A DNA stretch of 64,000 nucleotides from the sequence record LR745208.1, one strand, 5' to 3'. Below are positions 57,190-64,000 of this stretch, piece after piece (positions within the stretch are counted from its first letter, which is position 1; each line of letters starts with the position of its first letter). Below the pieces are notes generated by a model that saw only the letters and a list, made by a program, of their open reading frames with translations, was not told where the DNA came from and searched no databases. The position numbers were made by a program, and so were the translations under genes.

Positions 57190-58106
57190 AGGTGCTCCTC
57201 GACAATCCTTACCACGACCTTAGGGTCCAACTTGGAGCCAGTGAGCCTAGGGCTTCCCCCAATAGTGTTGCTCCCACCCCACTGATCTACAGTACCCCCC
57301 TCGGCGTCATTCAACGCCACAAGGATGCGGGTCATGTTGAATGGGACAAAAGGGGACATCCTCCCTATTGAGTATGTCCAGGCCCCATCCTGCCTGGGCC
57401 TGACCGCCACGAATGCTTTACAGCCATGAGCAAACAAGGCTGTTCTGGCATGTGTTCCCGTCTCCTGAACCATCATCCAGCCCTTGCCTGAATGAAGGAT
57501 GTCATACCTCAGGTCCAGGTCCACAGAGCCCCCACTACCCGTCACATGACGCAGAATCCGATGTTCCACATCCGTGATGACCCCCACGTAGGCGGACGTC
57601 TCCCGTCGGTCCAGCTGTCCGGAGAGACGAAACCTCCGGTATGGCTCGAACACCCAGGCCAGCTCCCGTAGCACGGGAAGATCCGCCGGGTAGGGATATG
57701 CACCAGCGGTGGTGTCCAGGGCGTCCTCCATGGAGACCAGCCGATTCAGGATGGGGTTCATCACGGCCCCCGCAAGGCTAGCATGGTTCAGCAGAAACCA
57801 GGAAGTACAGACATCCTCATCACAATCATTCACCCAGACATGAGCATGAGGGCCATGCTCATTCCGGAACGTGTCGAACAAACCTTGCCGAATGGCCATT
57901 AGAACCTGACCACAGGTCGCCCGTGTGGACAGCCGATCTACCTCCGTGTGGTGGTCAAAATTGGCATAGGGACCGACCCCTGAGAACCTGGGGCCTACCC
58001 CGAGGTAGCCATCCAGACAAATGGAGTACGGAGGCTTCTGCTCACAGAAGCCTGCCCAGGTTGTTGCATGGTCACCCAGATCGACGTGTAGTGAAATATT
58101 CTTCAC
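57186..58106 (-). CDS. DHH-like phosphoesterase-type protein
   Basis: CLDG, NFDHH, NDCDED motifs; C-terminal WGGS...GGSPR. Confidence 0.5.
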   Translation of the reverse strand: MKNISLHVDLGDHATTWAGFCEQKPPYSICLDGYLGVGPRFSGVGPYANFDHHTEVDRLSTRATCGQVLMAIRQGLFDTFRNEHGPHAHVWVNDCDEDVCTSWFLLNHASLAGAVMNPILNRLVSMEDALDTTAGAYPYPADLPVLRELAWVFEPYRRFRLSGQLDRRETSAYVGVITDVEHRILRHVTGSGGSVDLDLRYDILHSGKGWMMVQETGTHARTALFAHGCKAFVAVRPRQDGAWTYSIGRMSPFVPFNMTRILVALNDAEGGTVDQWGGSNTIGGSPRLTGSKLDPKVVVRIVEEHL

Positions 58107-58113
58107 TACTGGG

Positions 58114-59250
58114 TTACACCTTTTGTGGTGGACACAGTGTCTTCTTGATCCGACCCATGACTGTCTCCACTTCGGAAACCCTCAGGTGGTAATCCTGGGC
58201 CATCTGAGCCTTGGTTTTCCCAGCCAGTAGGCCCTCAAAGATCTCTACTCCACGACTTGGCCCCCGCTTCCGCAGGACTTCCCGAAAATGGTCTACGTCA
58301 GACCTTCTCACCAGGACATCCTCGGCGGTGATATCTGAAGGGCTAGAGAAGTCAACCACACCAAAACCCTTCCCTCCCAAAGTACCAGAAACATGCTCCC
58401 TCACAGGTTCCTCTGCATGGATAGGGATCCAGGAATCTCCCAGCTCCAGCTCCCGGTGGGTCTTGGCTCCGGTGAGGGTACGCATGGCAGCATCCGTACC
58501 CCAACCACGAATTTCCGTGCAAGCCCTCTGGTAAGACCAAATCTTGAGGACTGATGCTTGCACATCGTTCCCCTGCCGCAGGTGTTCCCCCAGGGTATCC
58601 TTGGCAATCCACCCGGCCATGATGGCTTGGATATGATCCTCAATATTGTCCCGAGTTCGGGAATTGCTCATTTTCTTGCCTAGGTGCTGAGTCAGGGTTG
58701 GATATACCCATGCCCAGTTTTCCCTAATCCAAGCTCCGGTCAGGTTCTCTCCTCGCCGAAGCGATGGCAGAGGCTTCCGAAACTTCACCTTTTGGGAAGG
58801 GTACCAAATAGAGGCATGAGCAAGCGGGTTGATGGCCCTTGTCCCCCCCAGCAACTCCAGGGTGGTCTCCCCCTGAAGAGCTAGAAGTGCCCTTGCCAAT
58901 GGGTTGATGGCGTCCACTCCACCGAGCAGGTCCAGTAGTACCTCCTGGGTCGGATCCAATACCACTGATACTTCCAGGGTGTGTCCTATCACCTGCTGAA
59001 CTGGTGGAGGCACATCCAATACCGAAGGCTGGGAAACCCCCCAACCAGTGACAATTCTGGCAAGTGGATTTGTAGCCTCAGGTCCACCAAGCAGAGTCAT
59101 GGCTCCCTCCATCTGGAGAGCCAGAACCTCTCGCATGAGGGGGTTGATCGCATCTACCCCACCCAGCAAATCCAGGGTGATGTAGGAAGCATCAAGAGCA
59201 ACAAGTTCAACTGGCCGAACATCCCCGGCGAGGTTAGTTGAGGAAATCAC
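58114..59250 (-). CDS. protein with N-terminal LLGGxxAxNPL repeats and a C-terminal sigma-like HTH
   Basis: Four repeats; KTKAQMAQDYHLRVSEVETVMGRIKK. Confidence 0.6.
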   Translation of the reverse strand: MISSTNLAGDVRPVELVALDASYITLDLLGGVDAINPLMREVLALQMEGAMTLLGGPEATNPLARIVTGWGVSQPSVLDVPPPVQQVIGHTLEVSVVLDPTQEVLLDLLGGVDAINPLARALLALQGETTLELLGGTRAINPLAHASIWYPSQKVKFRKPLPSLRRGENLTGAWIRENWAWVYPTLTQHLGKKMSNSRTRDNIEDHIQAIMAGWIAKDTLGEHLRQGNDVQASVLKIWSYQRACTEIRGWGTDAAMRTLTGAKTHRELELGDSWIPIHAEEPVREHVSGTLGGKGFGVVDFSSPSDITAEDVLVRRSDVDHFREVLRKRGPSRGVEIFEGLLAGKTKAQMAQDYHLRVSEVETVMGRIKKTLCPPQKV

Positions 59251-59501
59251 TTGGCTTTTCTCCTGTCCCTGGGGTCTCAGACCCTTGGGTTTTTTCTATT
59301 CCAGAGACACCATACCGACGAAGTTGGCAAGAGACAAGAAAAATCGTAACCAGTGGGATATCCGATGTTTTCTTCCGTGGCCATGGCCAAATAGGATGCC
59401 CCAAGAAGTTTCTAGAAGTCCCCTACACCATCTCCGGGCGGTTAGGATGTGAAATCAACTGGTGGACGATATTCCGGCTCTAGGCACACCCCGTTAGACC
59501 C

Positions 59502-61268
59502 ATGACTCAACACACCGCCCGCCAAGTCGTAGCATCTCTCCCAACCGGGATCAACCTCCAACACCTTGACGTGATGGCCCGCGCCCAATTCATGGAAGGT
59601 CTGCTGGGGGCTCCTCCCTTCTCGATCTCCGGAAAAGCTCACAGTAATGCCCAGTTGCGACAAGTAATTGGGAAGATGATGCTACGAATTGATCCAGAGA
59701 CGGATGCTACCACCAGCCCATGGGTTTCCATGGAGAGCCTGGGGCTGTATCGGACCGCCTGGGTCGCCGCCTCCAAGGCTGTAGCCAAGATGGGTCTCGA
59801 AGCGGAGGATGTTCTCCTGGCAGACATGGTCAAGGGAATTGGTCTTGCCAAAAATGGAAGCAAAACTGCGGATCTCACTCTCCAGAATGAGGTAGGTGAA
59901 GCTCTTGCTGAGACCAGTCACATTGGTAGCATCTTCTATGAAGTAGGCAAGCTCCTTCGGGCCAAGAAGAAGATGGTTCTATCGGGTGAAGTTGCCCTTG
60001 CTGAGATCCTCAACAAAATTGGCATGGCCGCTCGTCGTGAAGCAATGGACATTGGCCGCACCCTCATGCGCCGTCGCGTAATGGAGATGGAAAACATTGA
60101 GGAAATAGGTAAAGAAACCCTTGGGGATGCCGATGACATCAACGCCCCCGAGTGGGAGCAGATCATCTCTCAGGTCATGGGTAACCCGGCACACCCGGCG
60201 GCCCAAGAGTTTCTCTCTTGGTTGGTTGAACAAGCCAAGCGGATGTCTAGCCCTGTAGTGGTGGAATACTTTGAGTCTCTAGCTAGAGGGGAAGACCTTG
60301 GCTGGGGAATGGACTCGGTGATTGCTGCCCGTGTAGGAGTGAATCAGACCCACCTTTCCAATGGGCGCAAGAAGTTCATTGGGGAGATATCCAAAATCCT
60401 AACCACCCAAGGTGATGATCGGTTCCCGGAGGTTGTCAATATGATGTCGGACGCATCCTTCCTTTCTGACTTGTACCGTGGCAAAATTCATGGCCGCATG
60501 GCTCGACTCAAGAAAGCTGCTGCTGAGAAGTCCCTGCGAGGTAGGGTCATCCGTCTTGCCCATGAGAACCCAGCCCTTCGACCCCACCTCCTCCCTCTCC
60601 TCAAGCAAGCGGGGGATGTAATCCCCTTCCCAGGAACCTGGAGGGGCACTCCTGGAAGCAACCCAAACTTGGTGGAGCTACCCCGTAGCCCAATGTCTAT
60701 TGGGGAGACACTTGAAAACACCAAGGTTCGCGCACAGATGTTTGCCAATACTCTTCGGGTCACGGACCTGACCGATGCAGGTAAGCGTGGCAAAAGGGTT
60801 TCCCAATTCGCCCTCTATGACCTGGACCGAGCCAAGGTCAATCAGGAAACTGCCAGCATCTTCCAGAACCTAGTGGAAGCGACCGTTGGTGGCCATGCCA
60901 CATTCAGCACCCTCCTGCAAATGGCCAAGACTGTAGCGAACGAACAAGATGCCCTGGCCCCCAAGCTAGAGGTTTCTGCCCTTCGTGGTGTCGATGTGGC
61001 ACCAGCAGGAGTCAAGGCACTTAGAATTCAAGGGCAGTTTGTCTCAATCCGAGCAGAGCATGATGACTTCTCGGTAGAAGACACCCACGACCAGAACAAC
61101 CTGTCCACCTGCATACCAGCCATCAAAGGTGGCAAGAAGGACATCCCAGTCTTCTATCGCTGGGTCCAAGACAACCAGAGCCAGATCAAGTCCATGACCT
61201 TCCAAGAAGTCGTGGGAGCCATGCGAGGTCTTGGAATCAAATATCACCAGTACTGTGCAATGGACTGA
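59502..61268 (+). CDS. HTH/sigma-like N-terminal region fused to an internal leader motif and a C-terminal domain
   Basis: DSVIAARVGVNQTHLSNGRKK; SLRGRVIRLAHENPALRPHLLPLLKQAG at 60531-60614. Confidence 0.7.
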   Translation: MTQHTARQVVASLPTGINLQHLDVMARAQFMEGLLGAPPFSISGKAHSNAQLRQVIGKMMLRIDPETDATTSPWVSMESLGLYRTAWVAASKAVAKMGLEAEDVLLADMVKGIGLAKNGSKTADLTLQNEVGEALAETSHIGSIFYEVGKLLRAKKKMVLSGEVALAEILNKIGMAARREAMDIGRTLMRRRVMEMENIEEIGKETLGDADDINAPEWEQIISQVMGNPAHPAAQEFLSWLVEQAKRMSSPVVVEYFESLARGEDLGWGMDSVIAARVGVNQTHLSNGRKKFIGEISKILTTQGDDRFPEVVNMMSDASFLSDLYRGKIHGRMARLKKAAAEKSLRGRVIRLAHENPALRPHLLPLLKQAGDVIPFPGTWRGTPGSNPNLVELPRSPMSIGETLENTKVRAQMFANTLRVTDLTDAGKRGKRVSQFALYDLDRAKVNQETASIFQNLVEATVGGHATFSTLLQMAKTVANEQDALAPKLEVSALRGVDVAPAGVKALRIQGQFVSIRAEHDDFSVEDTHDQNNLSTCIPAIKGGKKDIPVFYRWVQDNQSQIKSMTFQEVVGAMRGLGIKYHQYCAMD

Positions 61269-61278
61269 TGAGATACCA

Positions 61279-61653
61279 ATGACAACTCTGCGGTCCAAAC
61301 TCATCCATCTAGCCCAAGAGAACCCGGCTCTCCGGCCCCAGTTGCTCCCCCTGCTCAAGGAGGCGGCACCCACTAAGGGGGTGGATGTGGCCAAGGCCAT
61401 TGAGCTTGGGGCCCTAGCAGAGAGCTATCTTAATGCCCTCCAGGCAGCACAGAAGAAGCTGAGTGTGGGACGTGACTTCTACCGTGCCTTGGAGGCATTC
61501 AAGCTCCCAGGGATGCAATCCTCTAGTAGCCCATTCTACAGCGTGGCCCTGGTCAAGGATGGTAAGCCAGAAGATGTTGGGGATGTAGATGGGTCACTGG
61601 TTAAGATGATTCACACGCTCGAACTGGCTGTGAAAGAGCTCCAGAAGGTCTGA
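61279..61653 (+). CDS. putative internal head protein carrying the MTTLRSKLIHLAQ leader
   Basis: MTTLRSKLIHLAQENPALRPQLLPLLKEAA. Confidence 0.7.
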   Translation: MTTLRSKLIHLAQENPALRPQLLPLLKEAAPTKGVDVAKAIELGALAESYLNALQAAQKKLSVGRDFYRALEAFKLPGMQSSSSPFYSVALVKDGKPEDVGDVDGSLVKMIHTLELAVKELQKV

Positions 61654-61680
61654 ACCTCCCCCTGCCTTGTAAAGTGTCCC

Positions 61681-62490
61681 ATGACCTACATCAGGTGCAT
61701 GGACGCCCTAGACTTCATCCAGTCCCTCCCCAACAACTCAGTCGACCTGCTCCTCACAGACCCTCCCTTCTATGGAATTGTTGGGGATGCTTGGGACAAC
61801 CAGTGGACGGATGAGAAGCAGTTTGCCAGATGGCTGTCCGACATCCTTCTAGCAGGCTTGCCCAAGCTCTCCACCACAGGATCCCTTGTGTTCTTTGGGG
61901 GGTTAGGTAAGCACAAGTCCCACCCCCTGTTCAGGATCATCACAGCACTGGAAGACGGTGGGTTCACGTACAGAAATTGGATAACTTGGCGGAAACGAAG
62001 AGCATTCGGCAAGAGCCATGATTATCTCTTTCTTAGGGAAGAAATTCTTTGGCTCTCCAAGTCCGCCGAACGTACCCAAGTCACATTTCACAAACCGTAC
62101 CTGGACACCAAGAGGGGCTATGCTGGATTTGACGCCAAGTACCCAGCACACAGCGAGTTCAAGCGTGTAGGGAACGTCTTCCTCGACATCGAGGATCTTG
62201 AGTATGAAACGGTGATAGAAGACATCACTGAGCTGTTCCGTCCACAGAGGTCATGCCAAAAACCCTCCAAGCTCATGGAGAGGCTTGTTGCCACCCACTC
62301 CAACAAGGGGGACATGATCGTAGATCCCTTCTCTGGCTTCGGTTCTACAGGCATTGCAGCCGTGAAGTTGGGTCGGAGGTTCCTGGGGTCGGAAGCCATT
62401 GAGGCAGATGCCCAGAGGGCTAACCAGCGAGTCATAGATGCCCTTCCTGTCGAAGAAGAGGGAACTGTCCTTGACCTACTAGAGGGATGA
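61681..62490 (+). CDS. DNA amino-methyltransferase, beta class (N6-A/N4-C)
   Basis: LLTDPPF (motif IV) precedes VDPFSGFGST (motif I); CQKP. Confidence 0.9.
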   Translation: MTYIRCMDALDFIQSLPNNSVDLLLTDPPFYGIVGDAWDNQWTDEKQFARWLSDILLAGLPKLSTTGSLVFFGGLGKHKSHPLFRIITALEDGGFTYRNWITWRKRRAFGKSHDYLFLREEILWLSKSAERTQVTFHKPYLDTKRGYAGFDAKYPAHSEFKRVGNVFLDIEDLEYETVIEDITELFRPQRSCQKPSKLMERLVATHSNKGDMIVDPFSGFGSTGIAAVKLGRRFLGSEAIEADAQRANQRVIDALPVEEEGTVLDLLEG

Positions 62491-62588
62491 ATCTGCCTGC
62501 CTCTACAGGGCCTTCTCTGAAGGTGTTCTGTGGGCCGATAGCATAAATTCCAGAAAGACGAGCTTTTCCCTATCGCTCAAGTAGAGAT

Positions 62589-62966
62589 ATGGGCAACCTC
62601 GGGGAGCCAATTACACCTACAAGTACGCCAACTTCTGGTACACAACCCCAACCATATCAGGGTGATATGGATTTCCTGGAAGATTGCTGCCAATGGTTGA
62701 ATGTTGTGGATGGGATCCTAACCGCACAGGCTTTAACCAAAAGCCCCCATGTCCTTGAGATCAATCTGTTCATGAGTCGGCTTTGGACCGCTTCCCCGGC
62801 CCTCTATGGGGTTGCCAAGTTTTGGATTTTCTGGCTTGGTCTCCGAATCCTCCATCGATCCACCTGTAAAGAGCCAGCTAAAGTACGTCGCCATATACTA
62901 CTTGCCATAGGTGTGACCTTCATGACCATCAACATATGGCATGCCTACATCTACCGACTCATGTAG
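62589..62966 (+). CDS. DUF5658-like membrane protein
   Basis: LNVVDGILT...EINLFM...hydrophobic helices; the start may be 62667. Confidence 0.6.
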   Translation: MGNLGEPITPTSTPTSGTQPQPYQGDMDFLEDCCQWLNVVDGILTAQALTKSPHVLEINLFMSRLWTASPALYGVAKFWIFWLGLRILHRSTCKEPAKVRRHILLAIGVTFMTINIWHAYIYRLM

Positions 62967-63231
62967 GAAGGGAATCGACTGGCTCAGGTCGAATTTCAGG
63001 TCAGGCTACCCAGTTCCGTTGGTATGGGTTCCTAGGTGCAATTTGTGTCTGAGTGACTTCCCTACCAGTCTTGTGAGCCTCTTCGGTATCCCCGAAGTTT
63101 CCACAGGGGATCTGGTGCATGGAAACCTATGGTTTCAACCCATAGTCTCCCAGTGGGGTCATCGTAGTAATACGAGTGGAACAGGAGCCAAACTCCAACA
63201 AGCCGCCACATCAGAGCAGAGTTGGTACAGT

Positions 63232-63368
63232 CTGATCTCTCCAAGGGGAGAGTGGATTGAAACAAGTCTGTCACTGTCAAAGGGAACAAGAAACACAGCC
63301 CGGCGATCCTACCCGGTAGGATCAACCAGTAAGTCAGTGACTCTCCCCATGGGAGAGTGGATTGAAAC
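63232..63368 (+). CRISPR. two type I-C-like repeats separated by 73 nt (mini-array or repeat mimics)
   Basis: 63232-63263 CTGATCTCTCCAAGGGGAGAGTGGATTGAAAC and 63337-63368 GTGACTCTCCCCATGGGAGAGTGGATTGAAAC; identical 3' 18 nt, CTCTCC/GGAGAG stem; no cas genes in the window. Confidence 0.7.
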
Positions 63369-63677
63369 ATCTGAGGACCCATTCCACATCGTTGAGACTC
63401 CAGAGATGTATGTCTATGGAGTAGATGTAGGTAATGTCTACTGTAAGGATCCTTCTGGATCCGTAGTATTAAGTCCTGGGTTCAATAGTGGTAGAAATAC
63501 ATCTGATACCTCAGAACGACCCTTTTAGGGAGGGTCACCACCCAAGGGAATGAGGGACAAACTCACCCCTAGTAGATCCGTCTACTGAAGTAAATCACTA
63601 ACGAAATAGAGTAGTTAGTGAGAACAAGACAGAAGAAAACGTCAAGGTGAAGACCTTAGACGTAAGGGGGATCTCTT

Positions 63678-63705
63678 GTCCATTGCCGCCTACGGCAACT
63701 GAAAC
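63678..63705 (+). CRISPR. solitary type I-F-like repeat unit
   Basis: GTCCATTGCCGCCTACGGCAACTGAAAC, 28 nt, TTGCCG/CGGCAA stem; resembles the I-F consensus GTTCACTGCCGTATAGGCAGCTAAGAAA. Confidence 0.5.
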
Positions 63706-63782
63706 TCCTATTGAGACCTCAATACACATGGATGCAGTAGCCTACCAGTTGTCTAGTTTCAGTTCTCATCTCAAGTACAGCC

Positions 63783-63818
63783 AATTGGGGTCTTGGAGAA
63801 TTTTCCAAGACCCCAATT
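63783..63818. repeat. perfect 15-bp inverted repeat
   Basis: AATTGGGGTCTTGGA-GAATTT-TCCAAGACCCCAATT. Confidence 0.9.
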
Positions 63819-64000
63819 CTTTGAGGAACCTACTAAATGGCTAGCTCCTACCAAGGTCAGTCGAGGATCAACTTCAAGAGACTGGTCACTGACTGTTGGG
63901 GACTCCTGAAGGGAAGTTCATATATGGTCTTCCCAGGAACCAAGAAGTCTCATCCCTCACAGGTGGTACTAGTACAGCCCACCAATATGACACCGGGATG

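Noticed and set aside
63084-63112. ATCCCC...GGGGAT resembling a reversed type I-E repeat
   Set aside because: The loop is too long (12 nt), the termini do not match, and the orientation is opposite to the other mimics.
62941-63528. 195-aa ORF spanning the repeat locus
   Set aside because: Ser/Thr/Gly-rich with no recognisable fold; its duplicated GEWIETS peptide is simply the translated repeat.
36442-63705. TnpBs acting as Cas12-like effectors for the CRISPR repeats
   Set aside because: They are more than 22 kb away, each has its own omega-RNA-like end, and the repeats are class 1 type.
1-64000. tRNA, rRNA, tail sheath or tape-measure genes
   Set aside because: None recognised by eye; a tRNAscan run is needed to exclude tRNAs in 62970-64000.

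Overview
This window is a 64-kb segment of a large tailed bacteriophage (Caudoviricetes, probably jumbo-sized). It reads in genetic code 11, and nearly all genes up to about 59.2 kb are on the minus strand. In window order it contains: (i) 1-13 kb, virion appendage/decoration genes (partial LamG protein, fibre-like proteins) interspersed with selfish-element debris (GIY-YIG endonuclease, NUMOD3 remnant, TnpB 3' remnant, catalytically dead IS607 TnpA); (ii) 13-24 kb, probable head-associated proteins and a 1229-aa HTH/LAGLIDADG/methyltransferase/Zn-finger fusion; (iii) 24-42 kb, the head module (HK97-type major capsid protein, decoration protein, scaffold, prohead protease, HAD-topoisomerase IB fusion, portal, large terminase, candidate small terminase) with two intact solo TnpB elements; (iv) 42-59 kb, further virion genes, then a NusG-like factor, HTH/sigma-like proteins, intein-containing DnaX, a deaminase, RNase Z and a TOPRIM primase; (v) 59.5-64 kb, plus-strand genes, a DNA methyltransferase and about 1 kb of hairpin-dense non-coding DNA. 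The most striking observations are: CRISPR-repeat mimics of two subtypes (two I-C-like, one I-F-like) with no cas genes in the window, a candidate RNA anti-CRISPR or mini-array locus; a 30-aa peptide shared by four otherwise unrelated proteins that ends in K-x-A-A/G (candidate capsid-targeting and cleavage signal); a recurrent TAG-N5-CTAT motif upstream of virion genes; and an anti-SD switch in front of the capsid genes. All functional calls come from motif recognition by eye; no database searches were run.
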